A stretch of 63,823 nucleotides of DNA, filler included, from Basidiobolus ranarum (taxonomy: Eukaryota): NCBI GenBank assembly GCA_040143965.1. It is 56 parts of 56 records of this genome, joined end to end, with 100 filler letters (N's around TTAATTAATTAA, not from the genome) between each part and the next. Parts side by side here need not be neighbours in the genome. Positions count along the whole stretch, not along the records: positions 50,294 to 51,330 come from JASJQH010013608.1; positions 51,431 to 52,467 come from JASJQH010013609.1; positions 52,568 to 53,604 come from JASJQH010013610.1; positions 53,705 to 54,741 come from JASJQH010013611.1; positions 54,842 to 55,877 come from JASJQH010013612.1; positions 55,978 to 57,013 come from JASJQH010013613.1; positions 57,114 to 58,149 come from JASJQH010013614.1; positions 58,250 to 59,285 come from JASJQH010013615.1; 48 more parts are not named here. One strand, given 5' to 3'. The first letter of the stretch is position 1. Each line of letters starts with the position of its first letter. Below the pieces are notes generated by a model. The model was given only the letters and a program-made list of their open reading frames with translations, had not been told where the DNA came from and did no database searches. Below, one piece after another: positions 51,009 through 62,600 of the stretch. A program made the position numbers and the translations under genes.

Positions 51009-51330
51009 GAGCATCATTTCACCGCAGGTGCACTCCATTGGGAACTCCCAGAATGTATAGCAAGGGCCTATGATCTCTAAGCATTGTGAAAGATGCAGCA
51101 GGGAATTTATTGAATACTGGCATAGATTCAGTCTATCTTGTTTAAACCTGTAATAAAGCTTTTCATATCCAATTACAAAATCTTTGCACAGTTGCTATAT
51201 CTGCCTGAGATCTGTCAATGTGAGTTAATGCTGTAAGAATATATTATCAATATTGACAAACAACTCCCAATGTTGCCAATACTTATCAGACAAATATCTT
51301 TTCAAAATTCCACTTGAATATATACAAATC
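51009..51330 (-). pseudogene. CMC/EnSpm transposase fragment containing the catalytic-E region
   Basis: Near-identical to 8730-9048; GPCYTFWEFPMECTCG. Confidence 0.9.
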
Positions 51331-51616
51331 NNNNNNNNNNNNNNNNNNNNNNNNNNNNNNNNNNNNNNNNNNNNTTAATTAATTAANNNNNNNNNNNNNN
51401 NNNNNNNNNNNNNNNNNNNNNNNNNNNNNNTACCTTGCAGGGGGAGCTTACGATCATGTAGGAGAGCTCTTCGTCTTGGTAATTGAGCATTGCACAGCGC
51501 CTCAGGGTCCTTGACGCGAACATCCTTAGGGGTGTCTCGACTGTTAAATTTTTGTTTGTGGGAGGTGAGCGCTATGCGCCGCCTCCTTATCTTTCCTACT
51601 TATTAATTCAATTCCA

Positions 51617-51850
51617 ATGGACTATTACTTGCCTCCTTCTTATTGCCTGTTACAGAAAGTTATTGAAGATAGAATAGATATTGAATACGTTAGTAAGTTC
51701 ATGAGAGATAATGGGTGTAAAGTAGACAAGATTACTAATACTATGAGATGGGGTATTCCTATCGAGTATACCATTGCTAAAATCTATTCTTACTACATTT
51801 ATAGCAATTATATTGATTTTCGGGGGCGGTCATTTACTGGACATTATTAA
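51617..51850 (+). CDS. Orphan ORF, possibly the start of a longer decayed gene
   Basis: ATG start, 77 aa, no recognised motif. Confidence 0.3.
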   Translation: MDYYLPPSYCLLQKVIEDRIDIEYVSKFMRDNGCKVDKITNTMRWGIPIEYTIAKIYSYYIYSNYIDFRGRSFTGHY

Positions 51851-51916
51851 GGAACCGTTAATGTTGTACTATAGAATTAGACTACTATTTTAATACATCT
51901 TTAACCAAGGATATAC

Positions 51917-52230
51917 TGTTAAAGTGTTCTGGGAGTTTTTTTGGAAGTGGCTTGGAGAACTAGAAGAATTGGTGGGTTTCACTCGTTGATTTATTGAGTA
52001 TTCAATTGACACTTATAGTTTTGTCAAGATGTAAACAAACAAACGTGTAGAATGTGTTAAGAAAGGTCCCAGAAACATGTGTGGAAAGTTTGAGGCTTCT
52101 TTGAAAAATTGATAGATCTTCAAACTTCTAAGTAAATTCCTCTTGAGGTGATATCTTAGTTCAATATAGGATAACTAAATACTAAGCTATATATGACTAT
52201 ATAGGTATTTAGGCTATGGTTATTTCAACA
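51917..52230 (-). mobile_element. Solo LTR related to family C, target-site duplication TATAC/TATGC
   Basis: TG...CA ends; similar to 4939-5286. Confidence 0.85.
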
Positions 52231-53704
52231 TATGCAAGCACAAAGAGTTGATTTATTCAACGTTACTTATATGCGAACAAGATCAGAGAAGGGACATACT
52301 TTAAAACCAATGTCAGATATTAATCAAGACTCCAATCCGGTAAATACCACGTTGATTATTTCAATCTAGGTGTATTTCATTCTTGGCCAGGTTATCCTGC
52401 TAATTCATGCTCCTTTCTTAACAAAATCCTGTGTTACTATGATTTAAATAGGTCAATCCCACAGTACNNNNNNNNNNNNNNNNNNNNNNNNNNNNNNNNN
52501 NNNNNNNNNNNTTAATTAATTAANNNNNNNNNNNNNNNNNNNNNNNNNNNNNNNNNNNNNNNNNNNNACATTATTCACATATGTATATAATATATGTTCC
52601 AATTTTCAGCTAAGTGATATTTGACTAAGTTATGTTAACTAACTTATATGTGATACATGAAATAGTTAGGTGTATAAAGATAGAGATAAAAAATATGATA
52701 AAGACAATAGACTTCAACACTCCCACTCAACTAAATATTCATATATCTTAATCCTAACTTAAATCTTAATTCTTCAAATTTAGGCTTGGGTAATGGTTTG
52801 GTAAGGATGTCAGCAATCTTGTCCTCAGTTGGACAGTACTGTAGTTGGGCATGCTTATTCTGAATAGCTTCCCTAACAAAGTGATGTTGAATATCAATGT
52901 GCTTAGTTCTAGTTAGAAATTTAGGATTTTTAGCCAAAGAAATACAACTTTGATTATCCTTGAAAATTATGGTGGGTGAACTTTGAATAATGCCAAAGTC
53001 TTTGAACAGCTTCCTTAACCACATAGCCTCCTTTATTTTATGTGATGCTGCCATGTACTCTGCTTCAGTTGTTGAAAGTGCTATGGTGGGTTGTTTCTTG
53101 CTATTCCAAGATATGGCTGCTTCACTATAGAGAAAGGTATATCCAGTGATAGATCTTCTGTCCTCAATATCACATCCCCAATCTGCATCACTAAACCCAA
53201 TTAGATCCTTATTCTCATAAGAATATGTGTATCTTAATCCCAGATCAATTGTCCCCTTCAAATATCTGAAAATCCACTTAACTGCTGCATAATGCTCAGA
53301 TCCTGGGTTTTGCACATGTTGGCTGACTACTCCCACTGCAAAAGAGATATCTGGTCGGGTTTCAGTCATAGCATAGATCAGATTAACTACCATAGATTGA
53401 TAAGGGAACTCCGGGCTTTCAAATGACATATTTTGAGCCATATTTGGCTGATTTTCATCATTTTGGATGGGATTTTTGACTAGTTTCACACCTGGATCCA
53501 TGGGAGTTGCTACTGGCTTGCAATTCTCCATCCTGTAACATCTGAGAATGTCTGAGATGTATTTAGATTGATTCAGAGTAATAGATTTACTCAATATATC
53601 TGTANNNNNNNNNNNNNNNNNNNNNNNNNNNNNNNNNNNNNNNNNNNNTTAATTAATTAANNNNNNNNNNNNNNNNNNNNNNNNNNNNNNNNNNNNNNNN
53701 NNNN

Positions 53705-54741
53705 CTTATCTTGTCCTGTGGTCTACACCCAAGTACTCTCCTGCCTTCTAGCCTCCTGTTGTTGTTCCCAGTCCTTGTCCAGTTCATTATTGTGACAGTT
53801 TGATCAGACTAATTATACTTGCCTGTAGACTGTAACCCCCCAAGGTTAGCTTTCCTCTTATTCGCCATCTTTCCCAAGCTTCCCTGCTAAGGCAATGGTA
53901 CCTTCCACCATAGGATAATTACTCTAGGTACATCCTTGTCAAGACACTACTAGTTTAGTTTACAGTTGTTTTTGATCAGGTAACCTTTAGTACTTGATCA
54001 AGATCAAAGGACATTGATTCCAGTATATTCTTTTGTCAAGGGACCTATCATTTCTTCAACAGAAAGTTGGACATTGCATTGTGATTATCAATCCTAGAGA
54101 AACTTATGGTTTTTAAAAACTTCCCCCACACAACATAGTAAGTATTATGTCTACACCAGCCACCACAATGGAAGATATTATGCAAGCTCTTACTCTGCTT
54201 CAGCAAGAAAATCAAGGACTTTGTACTTCTATTGTCCTAGTACAGAATCCAGCTCCGCACAACTATCCTGCAAATCCAACTCCAAAACCCAAAATCTCCC
54301 TACCAAATACGTTTAATGGCACTTGCCAAAACTATTGCGGTTTCATTAAACAAGTAGAGGTCATCATCCAGTTACATCCCCATTGCTACCCCTCCGACCA
54401 AACAAAATTAGGCTTAGTGGGAACACTATTATCAGGAACAGCTCTATCTTGGTTTGCTCCTTTGATGGAAAGTCAATCTCAACTTCTTTCCAACTTCCTT
54501 GCCTTTCTTGCTGAAATGGAAGTCACATTTGGAAATGCAGATAAGGAAAGAACTTCAGCCACAAAGCTCCATGCACTTAAACTAGGGTCAAAGCCTGCAT
54601 CAACTTATGCTGCAGAATTCCGTCTTCTTGCCTATGAACTCAAATGGGGAGAATCTGCCGTGATCAACCAATTCCGATATGGACTCCAAGAAAATATTAA
54701 GGATCATTTACTCACTATGGCTGACCCAGTGACCTTGACTG
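53705..54741 (+). mobile_element. Chromovirus 5' LTR end (53797), non-tRNA PBS (53800-53810), UTR and gag (from 54147)
   Basis: ISLPNTFNG...LLSGTALSWF...YAAEFRLLA...QFRYGL retrotransposon gag. Confidence 0.92.
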
Positions 54742-54841
54742 NNNNNNNNNNNNNNNNNNNNNNNNNNNNNNNNNNNNNNNNNNNNTTAATTAATTAANNN
54801 NNNNNNNNNNNNNNNNNNNNNNNNNNNNNNNNNNNNNNNNN

Positions 54842-55877
54842 GCCAGGAGTTCCCTTATCAAGCCATGGTTGGTAGTTTAATGTATAAAATGGTTGGAACA
54901 CATCCAGACATTGCTGTTGCAGTGGGAACAGTCAGCCAATATCTCAAAAATCCAGGATCTGAGCACAAAACTGCAGTAGAATGAATATTCAGGTTTTTGA
55001 CTGGAACTATAGATCTAGTTCTGGAAAGCTCTGCCACTCCCAATGCACAAGAATTTTAATGCTACAGTAATGCAAACTGGGGACAAAACCTTGATGATAG
55101 AAGATCAACAACTGTGTACACTTTTCTCTAAGGCAATGGAGCCATAACTTGGAATGGTAAAAAGCAACCATCCTTAGCACTTTCCACTGCAGAAGCAGAG
55201 TATATAGCTGCCTCTTCTACTACACAAAACGCTATGTGGTTAAGGAAGTTACTTACAGACTTAGGATACATGCAAAATGTGCTATTACTGTATGTGAAGA
55301 TAATTAAAGCTGTATTTCATTGGTTAAAAACCCTACATTTCATGCTAGAGCAAAACATATAGATATTAGGCATCCTTTTGTTACAGAGGCAATAGAGAAT
55401 GATATAATTAAGCTTGTCTATAGCCCTACTGAAGAAATGATCATTGACATCTTAACCAAACCTTTAGCCAATTCAAAATTTGAAAACTAATGAATAGGTC
55501 AGGTTGGAGAGAAATATAAAACAATCCATTGAGTGGTAATGTTGAAATTAGGTAAATAGCAACTTATTATTGAGTAGTTAGTTTGTTTATATACTGATTA
55601 TTTTGCACTCAACGTGGGTTTATTGCTCTAATTGATTGAAATATCAATTAGACCACTTTTACCAATTTTTACTATTTTCTCAGAACTTCTGCAAATCACC
55701 TCCAATTTTCACCCATTCTTAACAGGCATGTTTGTTATGATCTAGGCCCATCTAATAGTCCTATTTCATGGTACACTATAAAAAGGACCTATTCAATTCA
55801 ATAAAACTCAAGTGTCTAATTTGCATATCCAAATCTTGTCCAAAACACTTCCAAGAACCCTGGACACTTTTATCATA
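54842..55877 (+). mobile_element. Another Copia family: decayed RNase H, PPT and 3' LTR from about 55540
   Basis: WNGKKQ and IDILTKPL; TTGAGTGGTAA before TGTTGAAA. Confidence 0.82.
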
Positions 55878-55977
55878 NNNNNNNNNNNNNNNNNNNNNNN
55901 NNNNNNNNNNNNNNNNNNNNNTTAATTAATTAANNNNNNNNNNNNNNNNNNNNNNNNNNNNNNNNNNNNNNNNNNNN

Positions 55978-57013
55978 TAACCATATTACTTTTTTGCTGC
56001 TTCACAGGCAGCCATGTATTCAGCTTCTGTTGTTGAGAGTGCCACAGTAGGTTGTTTCTTTGAATTCCATGAAATAGCTCCATCAGAGCAAAGAAATAAG
56101 TATCTGGTTGTAGACCTCCTGTCTTCAATATCTCTTCCTCAATTTGCATCAGAATATCCTAACAGATCAAACTTTGATCCAGGATATGTGTACTTTAAGC
56201 ACAGATCCACAGTACCTTTTGAATATCTGAAAATCCAGTTGACTGCTATGATTTGATTAGATCCATAATTTTGAAAATACTACCATACAGCTGCATAGAA
56301 TATGCAATATCTGGCCATGTTCCCACCATGATATACATCAACCTACCAACCATAGATTGATAAGGAAATATCTTGCTTTCATATGATTCTATAAATGTCT
56401 AATATGAGCCATTTTTGGTGAAGTGAAGATTTGTCTCCATTGGGATAGATACTGGATTACATTCTTTCATTTTAAACTTTTTTAGTACATCTTGTATATA
56501 CTTAGACTGGTTTAAAGTTGTTATTTTGGTAGTGCTATTTATCTTGATTTGAACTTCAAGATAGTATGTCAGTTTACCAAGATCAGTCATTTGGGCTTGG
56601 CATATAAGCTCAATTTGGTTCTCTCCAAAGTCTTTAAGCCATTGGTTGTGATAATAAGGTCATCTACATATAAGGCTAGTAAAACTTGGTTTATCTTATC
56701 TGGCCTGAAGTAGATACTATAGTCAGCATTACTCTTTTGAAATTTGAGAGTGTCCATAACAGCATCTATCATGCTATTCCAAGCTCTGGGAGTTTGTTTT
56801 AAGCTATGGAGTGTTTTCTGTTGAAGTTTATTGTCTTTATCATATATGTTATCCCTATCTTTCTACACCTAACTATTTCATATATCACATAATAGTTAGT
56901 CTACATTATTTAGTCAAATATCACTTAGCTGAAAATTGGAACATATATTCTATATATATGTGAATTATGTGAGAATTAGCAATTACATATTGGAAATTTC
57001 AAACTCGTCCAAA
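55978..57013 (-). pseudogene. Copia RT/RNase H fragment with LTR-B inserted at about 56819
   Basis: LALYVDDLII, MTDLGKLTYYL. Confidence 0.9.
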
Positions 57014-57113
57014 NNNNNNNNNNNNNNNNNNNNNNNNNNNNNNNNNNNNNNNNNNNNTTAATTAATTAANNNNNNNNNNNNNNNNNNNNNNNNNNNNNNN
57101 NNNNNNNNNNNNN

Positions 57114-57239
57114 TGTTCCTTATAGTGTCCGATTGAGTGTTATAGGACCCAGCCATGGTAATTGACAGATCGCGCCAGATGGTGTACTAGCAGGCTGGAT
57201 CAAGCGGCACAATCTGACCTGGTCTGATGGAACAAGTCT
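57114..57239 (-). mobile_element. DNA transposon end B (AGACTTGTTCCATC...), paralog of 40744
   Basis: Reverse complement of 40744-40858. Confidence 0.7.
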
Positions 57240-57438
57240 AATAAAAGCAACTTATGTAAGTGTTTTTGGTTACTTTATTTTCAGGAGAATATGGCAACTT
57301 ATATAGTAGAAAAGTAAATCAATTGTTTGAGATATTCAGGAGTTTGTGTAATAAGATATAGTGGATAAGTGGGGGTAATAAGACACACTTGTTATATGGA
57401 TATAGAGATATTCCTATTGAGAATATAGGGGCTATAGA

Positions 57439-58053
57439 TGTTGAAATTAGCATTGCCTAATCACCTATATGGTCATATATAGCTTAGTAGTTAGTTATCT
57501 TATAATTCACTAAGATATTATCCATTATTCTCAATAAGAAATTACTTAGAATATTGTACCAACTTAGAAGTTCTCAGATATACCAATTTTTGAAACTGTT
57601 GCTAGAAGCCCCAAACCTTGCACACATGTCCCTAGAACCTTCCTTAACATACTCTACATGTTAATTTGTTTACATCTTGGCAAAACTATAAATGTCAACT
57701 TTCTACTCAATAAATCATCAAGTGAAAACCACCAATTTCTCCAATTCTCCAAACCACTTCCAACAGGCTCCCAAATACTTGAACAGGTTATGAGCCCCAA
57801 GCTTGCACTCTCTGTAATGTCTACTTGTCAACTATATGAAACTTTTCCCTCTTCTGAGAAATTGGATAGAACCAATTATCAAGTTTGGAAAATTAAAATG
57901 AAAATGCTGCTGCAAGAAAAAGGACTTTGGGACCCTGTTGAAGGAGAAGAAAACAATGCAAAACCATCAGAAATCAAAGTTTTACTCCAGGTTACAAAAG
58001 AACAGAGTGCCTTTAACACAATTTGTCTTAATGTCAAACACAAATTGCTAATT
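57439..58053 (+). mobile_element. Copia family C 5' LTR (57439-57785), half-tRNA PBS (57786-57798) and gag start; paralog 62790-63823
   Basis: TGTTGAAA...TTGAACA then GGTTATGAGCCCC; KLDRTNYQVWKIKMKMLL. Confidence 0.92.
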
Positions 58054-58249
58054 AGACTTGTTCCATTTTATTGAGCCAGATCAGGCCAGCTAAAAAGTGT
58101 GCCAGCACAAATTGGCATGATTGGGCACTATCCAGCACAATGTTATCTANNNNNNNNNNNNNNNNNNNNNNNNNNNNNNNNNNNNNNNNNNNNTTAATTA
58201 ATTAANNNNNNNNNNNNNNNNNNNNNNNNNNNNNNNNNNNNNNNNNNNN

Positions 58250-59285
58250 CTTTTGGAATTTGGGTATTTCCAAAAATTGTCTATCTTGCTGTTCCAAGCT
58301 CTTGGATATTGTTTTAAGCCATAGAGTGTTTTCCAGAGTCTGCAAACTTTTTTAGGGTTTTCTGGTTCCACAAATCCATCTGACCGGTATATGGATCTCT
58401 TCAGCAAGCTCACAATTCCAAAAAGCACTTTTAACATCCATTTGATGTATAGCAAATTGATATTTAGCTGAAATTGCTAAAATAAATCAAATTGAATTAA
58501 ACTTTGCTACAGGAGCAAAAGCTTCTGTTTAATCTATTCCTAGTGTTTGGGAATAGCCTTTTGCTACTAGTCTAGCCTTGTTTTTTGCTATATTGCCATT
58601 AGAGTTGTATTTAATTTTAAACACCCATTGGCAGCCAATTGAATTTCTATCATCAGATAAGTGGGTTAAAATCCAAGTTTGATTATCAATCAAAGCCTGG
58701 TGCTTATCAGCATTGCAGACCTTCAAAATTTTGTGTGAGGGCCATCAGAGCCTCTTTTACAGTCTGGGGCTCATATACTCAAGCTGTGCAGGCATAGGCC
58801 CAATTTTGGGACTCATTGATTTAGTAATCAGGGCTAACTCTGATCTGATTTGATCTCATTGTTTGGGATAAAGGTACTACAACTTCTGATATTGTATTGG
58901 GCACTTTGGTAGGCAAAATGTTAGTTGAAGGGTCCACAAGAATGCTATTTTCCTCATTGTTTGGGTTTGAATCAACTTGAATGATTAGATCAGGAGAAAA
59001 TTAATTTAATCATCATCTGAGGTCTTTTCAGATGAGACGTTTTCATTTTCATCAAACAAAACATCCCTGGATTTGATTGACATGAAAATCTTGGTATCAT
59101 AGAGTCTGTAGGCCTTAGTTTGAGTACAATAACCTAGATATATGCATTTCTTGCTTTTCAAATCAAGTTTAGACCATTGTTTGGTCATAGTTCCAACATA
59201 AAAAATGCATCCAAAGATCCTCAAATGTTTTACATGAGGTTTAACTCCAAACCAAGCTTGATATGGTATAGAGTTAGACAGACTT
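58250..59285 (-). pseudogene. Copia integrase C-terminus and RT, degenerate
   Basis: LGYCTQTKAYRLY, KARLVAKGYSQ, TLYGLKQ. Confidence 0.92.
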
Positions 59286-59385
59286 NNNNNNNNNNNNNNN
59301 NNNNNNNNNNNNNNNNNNNNNNNNNNNNNTTAATTAATTAANNNNNNNNNNNNNNNNNNNNNNNNNNNNNNNNNNNNNNNNNNNN

Positions 59386-60421
59386 TGTGGCAAGTTCAAG
59401 AGTTGGGGTGTTGGGGGCTATAAGGGCCAAGAAAAAGAGGGATGATGTAAGGATGATGTAACAATGATGTAAGGATGCTCAGGTGACCTTCCATGGAAGG
59501 TCTTGGCGGAAATACACCATGTGTGGGATGACATGATTGGTTAGTTTTCATGGAATGTTCCAAAGAACATGACTTCCATATAAGGTAATCTGGACAAACT
59601 AACACAAGATTGCCAAGAAGAGATGGCACAGCAGATATGATGTCATAATCTAATAATAGAGGAGTTCTATTTGTAGTGGATCAGTATGCCAAGATCAGAA
59701 TCATGACAGTATCCCCTTCTTTAGTGATGGCTTCTAGACATCATAGGGCCAGGTTTGTCTGGGTAGGCTTTGTGAAACTCCTGGCAAAGTTCCTTGGAAT
59801 TGGAAAGATTTGTTGCTGGCTCCCATGATTGATCCTTTGTTGAGTATCCTCTCCAATCTGCTAAGTATTGCAACTTATGTTGATAAATTCTGGAATCTAG
59901 GATTTTGCTAACTTCATATTCAGGGTGTTCTTCCACTTGGATTGATGGGGGTGGGTCAATGGATTGGCCCTGGAAGGTGTTTCTGGCATGTGGCTCTAAG
60001 AGAGACACATGGAATCCATTGTGGACCTTGAAATGGGCTGGGAGTTCAAGGCAGAAGGCTATTGAATTGATTTGCCTCATAATCTTAAAAGGCCCTAGTC
60101 TTTTATGATGAAGTTTATCACAAGGTCTAGTGGTTTTGATATTTTTCCGGAGTAGCCAAACATAATCTCCTGGCTTGAGATCGGGGCTTGGCTTTCTTTT
60201 CTTAACAGCAAAGTTTGTGTATTGGGATTGAGCATGTTCCAACTTGGATATTAACTATCTATAGATGTCCTGAAGGAAAGTGGCATGGTCTGAGGCAGCG
60301 GGGCAAGGTAGATTGGATGGTGGGTGAGTTAAGAGACAAGGATGGAATCCATGATTTGCAAAGAAAGGAGTTTGCTTTGTTGAGGTAGGATATGAGTTGA
60401 TGTAAGCTAATTCAGCAAGAG
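59386..60421 (-). mobile_element. Chromovirus integrase C-terminus with GPF motif and chromodomain, PPT, and 3' LTR (from 59708 leftward)
   Basis: KRLGPFKI, FHVSLLEP, EYEVSKILDSR...YLADWRGY...SWEP. Confidence 0.95.
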
Positions 60422-60521
60422 NNNNNNNNNNNNNNNNNNNNNNNNNNNNNNNNNNNNNNNNNNNNTTAATTAATTAANNNNNNNNNNNNNNNNNNNNNNN
60501 NNNNNNNNNNNNNNNNNNNNN

Positions 60522-61000
60522 GCCTAACTATGAAATGCAATCCAATCTTAGCAAGAAGGCAGATCCTGAGACACTGACTGAGAGGATCTTGGACTCTCAC
60601 CTCTCTATCACAATTGGGGAACTTGTGAGTGTTTCACCTACAGTCAGAAAGAATCTAGATGACAACATACTTACTAGGAGACAACCTATAGATCACCCTT
60701 CTGCAAGAATTATACAGACAACTAATGATGAACCACTTCCCAAGATGAACAAGGAAACACCTACATTCACATACTACTCAGTGCCCACAGCCATAGTTAG
60801 TCAGACAACTCATGGAGACCTTATACAATGCCATATTGATAGTGGGTCAGAGATTTGTGTGATGCCAATGGACTTCTATAAGTCATTACCATGTAAACAC
60901 TTGCTCCCAATGGATACTGACATAAACTGGAATATGTGTGATGCCAACACTGAAGTCGCTTCACTTTTAGGAGTCATTCATGCATTTCCCATCAACATAC
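60522..61000 (+). pseudogene. Second Gypsy-type family: gag C-terminal region and retropepsin-like protease
   Basis: ITIGELVSVSPTVRK and active-site-like HIDSGSEI, then DAN...LLGV. Confidence 0.7.
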
Positions 61001-61004
61001 CTCC

Positions 61005-61555
61005 TTATTTCCCAACTCGCTGATATTTGGTATCAAACAGTCTGTAGGCCTTGGATCCATCACAGTAACCAAGAAATATGCATTTTCTGCTTTTGGATTC
61101 CAATTTTGAGCATTTTTGAGCCGGGATTAGGCAATTTGCTATGCAACCAAAGATCGTGAGATGATCCACACATGTTTTTGTTCCATATAGGGCTTCAAAT
61201 GAAGTAGAATTTTGTAGCAATTTTGTTGGGCATCAGTTTTTGATACAGACTGCAGTGGAGACAGATTCAGCCCAATATAGGTAATCTAACTTTTGATCAT
61301 GTAACATTGATCTTGCCATCTCCACTATGGTCCTATTAGCACATTCTGCAACTCCATTTTGCTGTGGAGTATAAGGTACAGTAGTTTGTTGCTTAATTCC
61401 ATGTTTAGAGCAAAAACTAGTACAGTCTTTAGAGCAGTATTCTCCACCATTATCACTCCTTAGTATCCTTATTTCTTGTGCTGATTCCCTCTCTACCATT
61501 GCTTTGTAGTGCTTGAATGTGCTAAGGCTTCAGATTTTGATTTGAGAAAGAATAC
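61005..61555 (-). pseudogene. Copia integrase fragment
   Basis: RSDNGGEY, PQQNGVAE, FLGYCDGSKAYRL. Confidence 0.92.
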
Positions 61556-61655
61556 NNNNNNNNNNNNNNNNNNNNNNNNNNNNNNNNNNNNNNNNNNNNT
61601 TAATTAATTAANNNNNNNNNNNNNNNNNNNNNNNNNNNNNNNNNNNNNNNNNNNN

Positions 61656-62600
61656 TAAGATTTGTAAAAGTTTATTTAAAGTAAGATGTTTGAGAAGATT
61701 TAAAATAATTTGGAATTAAAAAATAAAATTCGGAAAGATTAAAACTAGATTTAAAGAATTAATTCGGAAAGATTTAAAATAATTTCGTAAAGTTCGTAAT
61801 TAGGTTTAAAAATAATTTTGTAAAAGATTAAAAATAATTTTCGTAAAGTTCGTAACTAGGTTTGAAAAGTTTAAAATACTAAAGATTAAAAATATTTCGT
61901 AAAGTTTGCAATTGGGATTTAAAATTTTTAATCCCGGGATTGGGAGAAAATATTTCGTAAAGTCTGAATTAGGATTTGAAAAATAAAATTTGCAAAAGAT
62001 TAAAATAAAATATCGTAAAGTCTGGAAGAAGGTTTAAAAATTTTAACTTCGTAACAAATTTAAAAAATATTTCGTAAAGTCCGTAACTAGATTAAAAAAA
62101 TTAAATTATAAAAGATTAAAATAAAATATCGTAAAGTCCGTAATTAGGTTTAGAAGTTTTAATTTCGTAATAAATTTAAAAAATATTTCGTAAAGTCCGT
62201 AACTAGATTAAAAAAAGTTAAATCATAAAAGATTAAAATAAAATTTCGTAAAGTCTGTAATTAGGTTTAGAAGTTTTAATTTCGTAATAAATTTAAAAAT
62301 AATTTCGTAAAGTCTGAATTAGGATTTAAAAAATAAAACTCCAAAAGATTAAAATAAAATATCGTAAAGTCTGGAAGAAGGTTTAAAAATTTTAATTTCG
62401 TAATAAATTTAAAAATAATTTCGTAAAGTTCGAATTAAGATTTGAAAAATAAAATCCCAAAAGATTAAAATAAAATATCGCAAAGTCTGGAAGAAGGTTT
62501 AAAAATTTTAATTTTGTAATAAATTTAAAAATAATTTCGTAAAGTTCGAATTAGGATTTGAAAAATAAAATTCCAAAAGATTAAAATAAAATTTCGACAA
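61656..62600. repeat. AT-rich satellite, about 117-bp higher-order unit made of two roughly 58-bp halves
   Basis: ATTTCGTAAAGT recurs; ATCG(T/C)AAAGTCTGGAAGAAGG at about 62012, 62361 and 62477. Confidence 0.9.

Noticed and set aside
49158-52467. Repeat-peptide gene, Rpb1-like fragment and orphan ORF as one gene cluster
   Set aside because: They lie on three separate contigs that are adjacent only because of length sorting.
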